NCBI GenBank assembly: GCA_963664405.1
Contig: OY761158.1
Coordinates: 1,376,001-1,440,000, forward strand
Direction: 5' to 3'
Source: Thermoanaerobaculia bacterium
GTDB taxonomy: Bacteria > Acidobacteriota > Thermoanaerobaculia > Multivoradales > Multivoraceae
DNA length: 64,000 nt
Shown here: positions 47,287 through 57,380 of the stretch, one piece after another
Layout of the letters: each line of letters opens with the position of its first letter
How positions within the stretch are numbered: the first letter of the stretch is position 1
Notes under the pieces: generated by a model
Database searches by the model: none
The model's input: the letters and a program-made list of their open reading frames with translations, nothing else
What the model was told of the DNA's origin: nothing
Position numbers and translations under genes: made by a program

Positions 47287-48591
47287 CTAGGCCCTGCCTG
47301 CCAAGCGATACTCGAGAACCATCTCTTCGCTCAGCGACGTTCCGAACCCCGGCGCTGTCGGGGCGAGGTAGTCACCGCGATCCACCTTCGGCGTCATCGC
47401 ATCGAGCACGGGTGATCCCGCGGGAAAGCTCTCCGCCATCGTGCAACTGGGCGAGGTGAGCGCGATCGGTAGCCCCCATACGCTACCCCCGCGGTGCGGC
47501 ATCATCTCGAGCCCGGCGGCCTCGACCAGATCCCTGATCCTCCTCCCCGCGGTGAGACCACCACACCAGGTGATATCTGGCTGCAGGATCTCGGCCGCCC
47601 CCAGACGCACCAACACGTTGAAGCCGTGCTCGGTGTACTCGTGCTCGCCGCAGGCCACCCGAGTCCACTTCTTTCCCTTGCCGCCGATGCGCTGCACAAG
47701 CTCGGCATAGCCGAAGACGTCGTCGGGCGAGAGCAGCTCCTCCATGAAATAGAGCTTCGCCGTCCGAACCTGCTCGGCGAAGCCAACCGCCCACTCGACA
47801 GTCCCGTTGCGCGACACACAATCGGTCATCAGATTGCCGTCGGGTCCTACCGCCTCACGGGCAGTCATGACTTCCTCGACCACCTTGCTCTGCGCCTCCG
47901 CCGAGGTGTGTGGTCCGATCTGAGGGAAGAGCTTGAAGTGACGCACTCCTTGCGCGCGGGCCGCCGGGATGTCGCCGCCCGACTGGTAGAGCGCGATCCG
48001 ATCCCGCGGCTGCCCGCCGATCATCTTGTAAACGGGCTGCTCAGCGTACTTTCCGGCAATGTCCCACAACGCGTTGTCGACCGAGCTCAACGCCATCGTG
48101 AACAAACCCCGCCGCCCGTAGAACATCGCAGAGCTGTACAGCTGGTCCCACAGCTGCTCGACATTGAGCGGGTTGGCACCCATAAGCAGGTGGCGGAGGT
48201 GACCGTGAATGATCTCGACCGCGGCGCTGCCACCTGCGCCCTGACCATAACCAACGACCCCCTGGTCGGTCTTGATGACAGTGATGATCGCAGACGGGAG
48301 CTGGGCGAAGGGGCCGTCATACCTCCACCGGCGGGGGTCGTCATCGGAGGCGAAGCTCGGCGGGTCGAGCAGACCGTCCGAGCGAGCACCGATATAGACC
48401 GGATAGGCCTTGACCTCGCGGATCTTGATCGGCGGCTTGCTCGAGGCACCCACTGCAGACTTCGCGCCCGCCCCCTGTGCCCCGATCCCGCTCCCCGCTC
48501 CGAGCCCCGCAGCCAGAGCCGCAAAACCGCCGATCCCCAAGAAACTGCGCCGCGTCGCCGACAGCATGATGTCGCCAGTCTCAATTGTCAT
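47287..48591 (-). CDS. L-rhamnonate dehydratase-like enolase-superfamily protein with Tat signal
   Basis: TRRSFL; YGRRG, SSVDNALWD, FMEELL, GEHEYT, QPDITWCGGLT. Confidence 0.85.
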   Translation of the reverse strand: MTIETGDIMLSATRRSFLGIGGFAALAAGLGAGSGIGAQGAGAKSAVGASSKPPIKIREVKAYPVYIGARSDGLLDPPSFASDDDPRRWRYDGPFAQLPSAIITVIKTDQGVVGYGQGAGGSAAVEIIHGHLRHLLMGANPLNVEQLWDQLYSSAMFYGRRGLFTMALSSVDNALWDIAGKYAEQPVYKMIGGQPRDRIALYQSGGDIPAARAQGVRHFKLFPQIGPHTSAEAQSKVVEEVMTAREAVGPDGNLMTDCVSRNGTVEWAVGFAEQVRTAKLYFMEELLSPDDVFGYAELVQRIGGKGKKWTRVACGEHEYTEHGFNVLVRLGAAEILQPDITWCGGLTAGRRIRDLVEAAGLEMMPHRGGSVWGLPIALTSPSCTMAESFPAGSPVLDAMTPKVDRGDYLAPTAPGFGTSLSEEMVLEYRLAGRA

Positions 48592-48618
48592 GCCAGGCAG
48601 TCTACACGCCGCCGTGTC

Positions 48619-49736
48619 TTACCAACTCAAGCGCAGCCCCGTTGTAGCCGACCATCCGCGGTACTCACCGCCGTCACTCGCCCGATCTTCCATCTCGACG
48701 TACTGAACTCCGGTCTGCCACTTGAGCTCGTGCCCATAGAAGTAGTAGTTGACGCCCAAGTAGGCCTCGTCGTAGTGATCCCCACGCCCCTTCTCGACCA
48801 CCGACTCGTAACGGGTGAACCGGACCCCGTTCACGTCGTCGCTGTCGAGCATGGTGTAGCGAAAGACCAGCTGGAGCTTGTCGCTGAGGTTGAGAAAGGG
48901 CATCAACACGACGCCGCTGATGTCGCTTTGCCCCAAGTACCCGGTCGCGGTCGAGACGTCGCCGCGAAAACCCCAGCGCTCGACTTCGTACACCCAGGTC
49001 AGCGAGGCGATGTTCTCGAGATCTCTGGTGAAGCCGTTGTCGGGATCAGGCTCGTTGTCGACAAGGCTGAATCGTAGAAGGGCTTCTTGCGCGTCCAGCG
49101 CATCCGCGAAGTCGTGACCTAGAGTGAGGAGCACGAACTGGCCGGCGTTGAAGTCGCCGAACTCCCGATTGCTGTCTCCCGAAGTGAAGAACCCGGCGTG
49201 TAGATCAGGCCCCGCGCCTCCCCCTTGACACTGATTCCGGGAATGTACTCCTGGCTGTACCAGATGTTGTTGGAGAGGTTGTTGCGGTCGATAGTGATCA
49301 ACCGCTTCGACGAGGTCAGGCCATCGAGAGTGAATCCTGCCGAGTGCTTTCCCACGATGAGGCTTGTGGCAGCGTTCGCCTTCCAGGCGACGTTCGCGTC
49401 GGTCAGACGCAGGTAGAGAGGGTCCGCCTCCTGAGGGTTGAACTCGCCCTCGACGTGAAGAGTGAAGTCGTTTAGGAATGTCGTCTTGAAGCCAAGGCGC
49501 AGACGACGAACGTTGAACTCGTCGTGGCTTCTCTGGCCCTCTTCGAGAACGGCGTAATCCAACTGAAAACGGCCGCTCAGAACGAAGCCCTGGAAGAACG
49601 AATCAGAATCCCCTTCATAGAGCCGCTTGTGATTCCACACCCGGTCGTAGCCGGATTCCTCGGCAAGAGCCTGACGGGTTGAGAGGTGGAAGCAGACTCC
49701 CAAGAGCGCCAGGGCCACACCAAGATGAGATCTCAT
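48619..49736 (-). pseudogene. Phosphate-selective porin OprO/P-like protein, frameshifted near 49199
   Basis: Signal peptide, GRFQLDY, RRLRLG, TSSK...IDR; second frame continues GFFTSGD... to GVNYYF...GLRLSW (C-terminal aromatic residue). Confidence 0.75.
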
Positions 49737-49912
49737 TCCTGTTTTCCCCGTTTGACCAATCAAGTGCGCTTCTCGTCGGCGGCGGGAGGTTCCCTCAACC
49801 GCCACGGGTAGCCTAGAGAGGGGGTCCTACGGCTCTGTCACATCGATGTGACAGTCATGTGATGATCGACACAGGCATAGAATGCGGGAAACCCCATCAA
49901 GGAAGACAGGAC

Positions 49913-50305
49913 ATGATGGCGAAGCTTGCTCTTGCGGCGAGGATTCTGCTCGGCCTGGCATTCACCGTTTTCGGCCTCAATGGACTCTTCGAGTTCTTTG
50001 AGGCTCCGCCGATCGAGGGTGCCGGAGGCGAGCTCATCGATGCCTTCATGGCCAGCGGCTACTTCTGGACTTTTCTCAAGCTCTGCGAATCGGCGTGCGG
50101 AATCTTCTTGCTGATTGGACGCTTCGTGCCTCTGGCTCTTCTGGTGCTGGCGCCAATTGTTCTGAACATCCTTCTCTTCCATGTCTTCATGGATCCCGCA
50201 GGACTCCCCATCGGGCTCGTCACCACTGCCCTCGGAATCTTTGTCGCCTACAGCTACCGCGGCTCTTTCGCCGGCGTGCTGAAAGGGGGTGCCCGCCCGA
50301 GCTGA
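49913..50305 (+). CDS. DoxX-family membrane protein
   Basis: ARILLGL.F.VFGLNG, LALLVLAPIVLNILLFH. Confidence 0.82.
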   Translation: MMAKLALAARILLGLAFTVFGLNGLFEFFEAPPIEGAGGELIDAFMASGYFWTFLKLCESACGIFLLIGRFVPLALLVLAPIVLNILLFHVFMDPAGLPIGLVTTALGIFVAYSYRGSFAGVLKGGARPS

Positions 50306-50356
50306 TTGCCCTCGGGGGGGCGAGGTGCTCGCGTCGTCGGCCCCGGTGCGAAACCG

Positions 50357-50836
50357 CTACGCCTTCTTCGCGCCAGGGGCTCGCTTGGAAGCTGTCGAGC
50401 CAGCGGCTTTCTTGCGGGCTCGCGGCGATGGGCTCTTCAACTCCGGCAGCGCCGCTTCGAGCTTATCAAGCCTCTCTTGAAGCCGATTGATCTCGTCTCG
50501 GGCCTCGCGAATCGGCGCCAAACGCTCGAGCGAGGCTCGCATCAGCCGATTCGCGGTGCGCTGAACCTGGTCGACACCAGAGGAGATTCGCTCTCCGCTC
50601 GATCGCACGAGGTCATGAAAGAACTCGGACGAAAGTCGCCCCCGACCGCTGCGCCCCTCATCGAGAATGATCTGCGCCAGGGTCTGGCTGGTGACGATGT
50701 CGCCGCTGACGTTGTCCACCACCTCGATCTCTTCGCCGTCGCGTATCTGATCAGCAATCTGTTCGAGAGAAACGTAGCGGCTCTCTTCCGTGTCGTAGAG
50801 CTTGCGACTTTCGTAGCGTCGGATCATTCTCGTCAC
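50357..50836 (-). CDS. phaR: PHA synthesis regulator PhaR-like DNA-binding protein
   Basis: IRRYESRKLYDTEESRYVSLEQI...SGDIVTSQTLAQII. Confidence 0.8.
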   Translation of the reverse strand: MTRMIRRYESRKLYDTEESRYVSLEQIADQIRDGEEIEVVDNVSGDIVTSQTLAQIILDEGRSGRGRLSSEFFHDLVRSSGERISSGVDQVQRTANRLMRASLERLAPIREARDEINRLQERLDKLEAALPELKSPSPRARKKAAGSTASKRAPGAKKA

Positions 50837-50931
50837 GGCCTCCCTTTCGTTGCCGCGCTGCGGCGAGATTCATCTTACCGCACTGCGGCATTTTGTAAAG
50901 ACTGGCCTGAAAGCTCGATAGTCTAGGAGAG

Positions 50932-52857
50932 ATGCGAACCCTCCCCCTCCTGCTCGTAGCCACCGTTCTCCTGGCTTGTCGGGGCGAGATCTCCACTCTC
51001 GAACCGGCCCAACCCTCAGCCCCACCTTCTCGCCCCGAGCTCCTCGAGCTCTTGCGCGAGGACCTCGCAAGCCAACCTCATCCCGCCGACGGCGGCGGCC
51101 GCGCCTGGCTCGAGAGCCAAGAGCCCGAGCCGATTCGCGCCGGTGAGAGAGGGCGCTGGTCTCTGGTCTACGAGGCCGGCCCCCTGGGCATCGACGACGG
51201 AGGAATGCTTCTGCTACAAGTCTCGCCGTTCTGGGGCTGGAGCACACCGCAGGTCGTCGACCCGTCCGCCATCGGCTACACGACGGTCACCACCGAAGCC
51301 GAGGGCGTCGATCTCGTTGCCTCCGCCCTCGATCAGCAGTTGCTGGGAATCAGCATCTCCGGTCGCAGACTCGAGGCCGGTGAGACGATCCGTCTCGTCT
51401 ACGGTGCCGGCGAAGCGGGAGCCTTCGCAGATCGTTTCGCCGAGCGAGAGACTCGCTTCTGGATCTCGGTGGACGGCGACGGCGACGGTCGGCGCAAACT
51501 GGTGGCAGAGTCACCAGCGATCGACGTTCTTGCCGGGCCACCGGCGCGTCTCGTCGCCCACCTTCCAAGCACAGCCGAACCCGGCACCCCGATCCTCCTG
51601 CGGCTCGCCGTGCTCGATCGCTTCGGCAACGCAGGCGTCGACTTCACCGGGCCGGTCGCACTCGCCTCTTCCCTCCCGCTCGAGGCTCTTGGTGACTCGC
51701 TGGTCTTCGAGGCTGAGGACCACGGATTGAAAAGAGTGGAGATCATCGCTCCACAAGAAGGAGTCCTACGCATCACCGCGAGCACCGCCGACGGGCTGGC
51801 GACGGAGTCGAATCCGACGGCGATCAGCGCCAACTCTCCCCGGCTGCTGTGGGCAGACCTTCACGGCCACTCTCACTTCTCCGACGGCACCGGCACCCCA
51901 GAGGACTATTTCGCCTACGCCAGGGATGTTGCAGGGCTCGATGTCGTCGCCCTCACCGATCACGATCACTGGGGCCTGGAGCCCCTCTCGCGAAGGCCGG
52001 AGATGTGGCAGGAGATCCGCCGGCAGGTCGACCTCTTTCACCGGCCCCATCAATTCGTAACCGTACTCGGTTACGAGTGGACCAGCTGGATCTGGGGCCA
52101 CCGCCACGTTCTCTACTTCAGCAACGAAGGAGAGATCCTGAGCTCGGTGGACCCCGACTACGAGACTCCCCAACAGCTATGGGCGGCATTGCGTGGCACT
52201 CGAGCTCTCACTTTCGCCCACCACTCGGCAGGCGGGCCGATCGCCACAAATTGGACAGTGGCTCCCGACTCCGAGCTCGAGCCGGTTACCGAAGTGGTGT
52301 CGGTCCACGGCTCCAGCGAAGCGCCGGACTCTCCAGCAGCGATCTACTCCCCTGTCGCTTCGAACTTCGTTCGTGATGTCCTCGATCGCGGCTACCGTCT
52401 GGGCCTGATCGGCAGCGGCGACTCCCACGACGGCCACCCCGGCCTCGCCCACCTGGCGTCGCCGTCGGGTGGAATGGCTGCCATCCTGAGCTCTGAGCTC
52501 ACTCGTGAGGGGGTCAGGGAAGCGCTACGCGCGAAACGCGTCTATGCCACCAACGGACCCCGAATCATTCTTCGCGTCGCTCTCGATGGCAAGCGCATGG
52601 GGTCGACGGTGCCATCCGGCGAGATCCACACCTTGCGAGGTCTGGTCGTCGGCACAGCACCCTTGGAGCGAGTCGATTTGATCCGTCGCGGCGGCCAAAT
52701 CACGTCTCTTGCAGCAGACGGACGCAGCTTCTTCAGCTTCGATCAAGAAATTCGAGACACCGACGCCGGCGACTACCTCTACCTACGCGCCATCCAAGAA
52801 GACGGCGGTGCAGCGTGGTCGAGTCCCTTTTTCTTCGACGCCCGCAAGGAGCCCTGA
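50932..52857 (+). CDS. DUF3604/PHP-like metal-dependent hydrolase lipoprotein (paralogue)
   Basis: Lipobox LLAC; WADLHGHSHFSDG, TDHD, GYEWT, GHRHV, GDSHDGHPG, YATNG, AWSSPFF. Confidence 0.78.
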   Translation: MRTLPLLLVATVLLACRGEISTLEPAQPSAPPSRPELLELLREDLASQPHPADGGGRAWLESQEPEPIRAGERGRWSLVYEAGPLGIDDGGMLLLQVSPFWGWSTPQVVDPSAIGYTTVTTEAEGVDLVASALDQQLLGISISGRRLEAGETIRLVYGAGEAGAFADRFAERETRFWISVDGDGDGRRKLVAESPAIDVLAGPPARLVAHLPSTAEPGTPILLRLAVLDRFGNAGVDFTGPVALASSLPLEALGDSLVFEAEDHGLKRVEIIAPQEGVLRITASTADGLATESNPTAISANSPRLLWADLHGHSHFSDGTGTPEDYFAYARDVAGLDVVALTDHDHWGLEPLSRRPEMWQEIRRQVDLFHRPHQFVTVLGYEWTSWIWGHRHVLYFSNEGEILSSVDPDYETPQQLWAALRGTRALTFAHHSAGGPIATNWTVAPDSELEPVTEVVSVHGSSEAPDSPAAIYSPVASNFVRDVLDRGYRLGLIGSGDSHDGHPGLAHLASPSGGMAAILSSELTREGVREALRAKRVYATNGPRIILRVALDGKRMGSTVPSGEIHTLRGLVVGTAPLERVDLIRRGGQITSLAADGRSFFSFDQEIRDTDAGDYLYLRAIQEDGGAAWSSPFFFDARKEP

Positions 52858-52868
52858 GGATCTTATAG

Positions 52869-53687
52869 ATGCCTACTTCCGACAGCCGCAGTCCCTGGCT
52901 GCCCACGGTCAGCTGGGACCCTGGCCAGTATCTGCGCTTTGCGGGGCCTCGTCTGCAGCCTCCCCTCGACCTTCTCGGCCGCCTCTCCGAGCTCGAGCCG
53001 CGCCGGATCTGGGACCTCGGCTGCGGGACAGGCGATATGACCCGGCTCCTCGCCCGGCGCTGGCCCCAGGCAGAAGTGGTCGGCATCGACCGATCCTCAG
53101 AGATGCTGGCCAAGGCCGCTGCCACGGCCGGGGAGGTGCGCTGGCTGGAAGCCGACATCGCGACTTGCGGCCCGCCACAGCCCGCCGACCTTCTCTTTTC
53201 CAACGCCGCTCTTCACTGGCTGCCCGACCACGGCGCCCTTCTTCCGCGCCTGCTCGGTAGCCTCGCCCCAGGCGGAGTCCTCGCTGTCCAGATGCCGCTG
53301 AGCTGGGATCAGCCCTCCCACCTGCTGATGCTGGAAGTACTTGTTGGCGAAGACGGTGGCCGGCCGCTCGGGACAGAAGCTCTCCGCCAAAGCCTGGAAC
53401 AGCCGCCGGTCCTCCAGGCAGCCGAGTACTTCGAGCTGCTGAGCCCACTCGCCCGCCAAGTCGATGTCTGGGAAACCACCTACCTCCATGTTCTCGACGG
53501 GGACGATCCCGTCCTGGAGTGGGCTCGCGGGACCGGGCTGCGCCCTATCCTGGAAAGCCTGGAGGAAACCGAGCAGGGGCTCTTTCTCGAGCGCTATCGA
53601 GCGGGTCTCCACCGCCTTTACCCCGAGCGAGCCGACGGCGGCACCTTCTATCCCTTTCACCGCCTCTTTTTCTGCGCCTCGGTGTAA
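52869..53687 (+). CDS. tam: Trans-aconitate 2-methyltransferase
   Basis: WDPGQYLRF, DLGCGTG, SNAALHWLPDH, LAVQMP, GTGLRP. Confidence 0.9.
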   Translation: MPTSDSRSPWLPTVSWDPGQYLRFAGPRLQPPLDLLGRLSELEPRRIWDLGCGTGDMTRLLARRWPQAEVVGIDRSSEMLAKAAATAGEVRWLEADIATCGPPQPADLLFSNAALHWLPDHGALLPRLLGSLAPGGVLAVQMPLSWDQPSHLLMLEVLVGEDGGRPLGTEALRQSLEQPPVLQAAEYFELLSPLARQVDVWETTYLHVLDGDDPVLEWARGTGLRPILESLEETEQGLFLERYRAGLHRLYPERADGGTFYPFHRLFFCASV

Positions 53688-53720
53688 TGTCGTCAGCCTC
53701 ATGAGTCGAAGGAGGATCCC

Positions 53721-54635
53721 GTGAAGCCAGTTCGTATGCCCGCAGTCTCACTCGCCGCTGTGCCCGGCCGAAGACGCAAGACTCTCGATCTCGCCCGCCA
53801 AGTCGAAGAGCTCGGTTTCAGCGGTCTCTACTGCCCCAGCTTGGGGGACAGCCTGGCGCTATGCCAGGGGATTGCCATGGTCACAGAGACCATCCCCTTC
53901 GGCACCTCGATTACGCCCATCTACACTCGACACGTAGCCGACTTCGCGGCCAGCGCATCTTTCATTCACGAGATCTCGGGCGGCCGCTTCCGCTTCGGCA
54001 TCGGCGTGAGCCACGGCCCGGTGCATGAGCGCCTCGGGATCAAACCGGGTCGACCTCTATCCGACATCCGGGACTTCGTAAGCGAGCTCGAGTCCACCGA
54101 GGGCGTCGGCGAGCTCCCTCCAGTCGTGCTCGCTACACTCCGCGACAAGATGACCGGCCTCGCCGGCGAGATTGGTGACGGTGCAGTATGGGCAAACGGC
54201 AGCCGCTCCCATATGAGCCACTCACTCGGGCTCATCGCTGAGGCCAAGAGAGAAGACGATGCATTCTTCATCGGCGACATGATCCCCACCTGCATCCACG
54301 ACGACGTCGAGCGCGCCGCGGCGGTGAACCGACGTACCCTGAGTCGCTACGCGACTCTGCCGAACTACCGTAACTACTGGAAGGCGGCCGGCTACGTCAC
54401 CGAGATGGAGGGCGTCGAGGAAGCCATGGCCAACCGAGATTTCGCCAGCATCCCGAAACATCTCTCCGACCGATGGCTCGAAGACTGCACCCTCTTCGGT
54501 CCCGCCGAGAAGGTGCTCGAGGGATTGGAGGCCTGGTTCGACAGCGGCATCAAGACTCCGATCCTGGTACCATCCTCCGCCGAAGGGGGCCAGCTCAAAG
54601 CCTTCGAAGAGCTCTTCCAGACCTTCAGCCAGTGA
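53721..54635 (+). CDS. LLM-class flavin-dependent oxidoreductase
   Basis: TETIPFGTSITPIYTRH, SGGRFRFGIGVSH, LPNYRNYW. Confidence 0.82.
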   Translation: MKPVRMPAVSLAAVPGRRRKTLDLARQVEELGFSGLYCPSLGDSLALCQGIAMVTETIPFGTSITPIYTRHVADFAASASFIHEISGGRFRFGIGVSHGPVHERLGIKPGRPLSDIRDFVSELESTEGVGELPPVVLATLRDKMTGLAGEIGDGAVWANGSRSHMSHSLGLIAEAKREDDAFFIGDMIPTCIHDDVERAAAVNRRTLSRYATLPNYRNYWKAAGYVTEMEGVEEAMANRDFASIPKHLSDRWLEDCTLFGPAEKVLEGLEAWFDSGIKTPILVPSSAEGGQLKAFEELFQTFSQ

Positions 54636-56251
54636 ACGACCTACTCACCGCGATCCGGCAGGCTCGCTCGACTCTGGACCCGGTCATCGACGCGATCGAG
54701 CGGCGCAGTGGCGAAGGCCCTGCCTCCCGCGAAGTCCTCGACCGCCACCAGCAGACCTGCTTCGATCTAGCCTGGAGTGCGGCCGAGCTCGAGGCTGCGC
54801 GACAGGCACTCGACCAGGAGAGCGATGACGGCGGCATACGCGACAGGCTGACGGAGTGCTTCGCGGCACAAGCCCTGCAACGGCACCGGTACCGCATCGA
54901 GCCTCACCTAGCCGAGCTCGGCCTCGATCTCTCAATCCTCGAAGGACTCGCTCGAGCGGCGCTGCCCCACCTCGCCAGTCAGGCCAAAGCCGAGCTCGGC
55001 GGGCGCATCCTCACCGAGGGCCCCCACTTCGACGACAGCTCTCTGGGCGGACATCATCGCCTACTTCGCGACAGCTACAGGCGCTTCGGCGACGAGATCG
55101 TCAAGCCTCGCGCCGAAGAGATTCATCGTCAGGATCAGATCGTGCCGGACGAGATCATCCGGGGGCTTGGCGATCTCGGGTGTTTCGGTCTTTCGATCCC
55201 CCAACGCTACGGCGGCCTCATGGACGAGAGCCGACCCGACACCCTGAGCATGCTTTTGGCCACCGAAGAGCTCTCGCGGGCGTCGCTCGGAGCAGCCGGA
55301 AGTCTGATCACCCGGCCCGAGGTTCTCGCTCGCGCGCTCCTTGCGGGAGGCAGCGAGGAGCAGAAGGCCCATTGGCTTCCGCTCCTCGCCAGCGGCGAGA
55401 AACTGTCCGCCGTTGCCGTAACCGAGCCAGACCACGGCTCCGATGTGGCCTCGATACAACTGCGGGCCCGCCGCTACGACGGCGGATTCCGACTCAGCGG
55501 CACCAAGATGTGGACGACGATGGCGGGCCGGGCCGACGTGCTGATGGTCCTCGCTCGCACCAGTGACGATCCTGCTTCCGGTCACCGCGGTCTCTCACTC
55601 TTCCTGGTCGAGAAGCCGCCCTTCTTCGGCCACGACTTCGAGCTCACAGGCGACAACGCCGGCTCGCTACGCGGCCGAGCGATCGCAACACTCGGCTACC
55701 GCGGCATGCACTCCTACGAGTGCTTCTTCGACGACTGGGAAGTGCCGGCCGAGGCCCTTGTCGGAGGAGATGCGGGCGAAGGAAAGGGCTTTTACATGAC
55801 CATGGCCGGCTTCGCCGGTGGCCGCATCCAGACCGCCGCCCGCGCGGTCGGCTTGATGCAAGCGGCCTTCGAAGAAGCGCTCGAATATTGCCGCCATCGG
55901 CAGACTTTCGGCCGCCCGATCGGAGACTATCCCCTACTTCGCTGCCGACTCGCCGAGATGGCGGCGCAGCTGCACGCCTCTCGCTGTTTCGCCTACGCGG
56001 TGGCCAAGCTCATGGACCGCGGCGCCGGTGACATGGAAGCGAGCATGGTCAAGCTCTTCGCCAGTCGCTGCGCCGAGCAGGTCACTCGCGAGGCGGTACA
56101 AGTGCACGGCGGTATCGGTTACGCCGAAGAGAGCCCGGTGAGCCGCTACTTCGTCGATGCTCGAGTGCTCTCGATCTTCGAAGGAACAGAAGAGATCCTG
56201 GCACTGAAAGTGGTCGCTCGCTCGCTCTTCGAAGGCAGCCGCTCGCACTGA
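54632..56251 (+). CDS. Acyl-CoA dehydrogenase with N-terminal extension
   Basis: AVTEPDHGSDVA, GTKMW, GRIQTAARAVG, VQVHGGIGYAEE, IFEGTEEI. Confidence 0.9.
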   Translation: MNDLLTAIRQARSTLDPVIDAIERRSGEGPASREVLDRHQQTCFDLAWSAAELEAARQALDQESDDGGIRDRLTECFAAQALQRHRYRIEPHLAELGLDLSILEGLARAALPHLASQAKAELGGRILTEGPHFDDSSLGGHHRLLRDSYRRFGDEIVKPRAEEIHRQDQIVPDEIIRGLGDLGCFGLSIPQRYGGLMDESRPDTLSMLLATEELSRASLGAAGSLITRPEVLARALLAGGSEEQKAHWLPLLASGEKLSAVAVTEPDHGSDVASIQLRARRYDGGFRLSGTKMWTTMAGRADVLMVLARTSDDPASGHRGLSLFLVEKPPFFGHDFELTGDNAGSLRGRAIATLGYRGMHSYECFFDDWEVPAEALVGGDAGEGKGFYMTMAGFAGGRIQTAARAVGLMQAAFEEALEYCRHRQTFGRPIGDYPLLRCRLAEMAAQLHASRCFAYAVAKLMDRGAGDMEASMVKLFASRCAEQVTREAVQVHGGIGYAEESPVSRYFVDARVLSIFEGTEEILALKVVARSLFEGSRSH

Positions 56252-56327
56252 GCGCGGCCTTGGCCGAAGAAGCCTCGTCCGGCGCCTTGACAACTTCCTA
56301 GGTGTAAGCTTACACTTACCGTAAGCC

Positions 56328-56630
56328 ATGACTTACGATTTGATCTTGACCGCTCTCGGCGACCCCACTCGGCGCAAGATCTTCGAGATCCTGCGTCAGG
56401 GGCCCAAGGCGGTCGGAGAGATCGCAAGTGAGCTGCCGGTGAGCCGGCCAGCGGTATCCCAACATCTGAAGGTTCTTCGCCAGACAGGACTGGTGACGGA
56501 AAAGGTAGAGGGCACTCGCCACATCTACTACCCCGACCCGACCGGCCTCGAGCCCTTGCGTCATTATCTCGACGCTTTCTGGGGCCGGGCTCTGGACGCA
56601 TTCAAGGCCTTCGCTGAGAAACACGAATAG
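56328..56630 (+). CDS. ArsR/SmtB-family transcriptional regulator
   Basis: ALGDPTRRKI, VSRPAVSQHLKVL, FW motif. Confidence 0.92.
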   Translation: MTYDLILTALGDPTRRKIFEILRQGPKAVGEIASELPVSRPAVSQHLKVLRQTGLVTEKVEGTRHIYYPDPTGLEPLRHYLDAFWGRALDAFKAFAEKHE

Positions 56631-56635
56631 AGGAG

Positions 56636-56801
56636 CTAGACCAGCGTTTCCAAAGTTCGCGCACATATCTCGGCCCCTTCTGTCCGCTGGCGGCGTTTCG
56701 CCTCCTCGACATATTGCCCAATATGCCTGCGTCGGCGCGCCTGGCCAGCGAACAGAATGACCTCGAGCTATTGCACACGAACTTTGGAAACGCTGGTCTA
56801 G
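56636..56801. mobile_element. 166-bp CTAG-bounded MITE/REP-like hairpin element (copy B)
   Basis: Perfect 24-bp inverted repeat CTAGACCAGCGTTTCCAAAGTTCG / CGAACTTTGGAAACGCTGGTCTAG; core shared with copy A. Confidence 0.8.
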
Positions 56802-56803
56802 TC

Positions 56804-57268
56804 ATGAATCAACAGACCACAATCGACCCCATCTCAAAAGAGCTCGAGCTCCCCTGCGATCCGACGCGCGCGTTCGACATGTTCACCAAGGAGCTGTCCA
56901 GCTGGTGGCCATTGGCTACGCATTCGCTGGGTGGAGAAGGCACCAGGGAGTGCCACATGGACGACCACGTCGGCGGCCAGATCTACGAAATGGGCGGTGA
57001 CCAAGTGCGTCAGGCCTGGGGCACCATAAAGGCGTGGCAACCGCCACATCGCCTCGTCTTCACCTTTCACCCCGGCCGCGAAGAGGCAACTGCCGGCACT
57101 GTCGAGGTCAGCTTCACGGCAGCAGGAGGTGGCTGCCGCGTCGAGCTCGAGCACCGCGGCTGGGAGCTGCTCGGAGAGAGCGGAGCTACGATGAGAGACA
57201 ACTACGACAGCGGTTGGGGCGAGGTATTCGGTCGCAGCTTCTTCGAGTACGCCGTCGAAGCCTCCTAG
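56804..57268 (+). CDS. SRPBCC/AHSA1-like protein
   Basis: AFDMFT..LSSWWP, WQPPHRLVF, VELEHRGW, GW; usual partner of ArsR. Confidence 0.88.
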   Translation: MNQQTTIDPISKELELPCDPTRAFDMFTKELSSWWPLATHSLGGEGTRECHMDDHVGGQIYEMGGDQVRQAWGTIKAWQPPHRLVFTFHPGREEATAGTVEVSFTAAGGGCRVELEHRGWELLGESGATMRDNYDSGWGEVFGRSFFEYAVEAS

Positions 57269-57380
57269 CCCTGTCGCCCCAGCGCTGGATCGACATCTGT
57301 CGACCGATCCAGGGCGGCTCGAGACTCCCCTGCTAGACTACCGCTTCGCTGCGGAAGACCTCAATGGAGGCGATACAAAG

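Noticed and set aside
56714-56803. N-terminal extension of the SRPBCC ORF, and the 60-aa ORF at 14520-14702
   Set aside because: Both are translations of the 166-bp repeat (shared PNMPAS...NDLELL peptide), not independent coding evidence; a small element-encoded peptide cannot be fully excluded.
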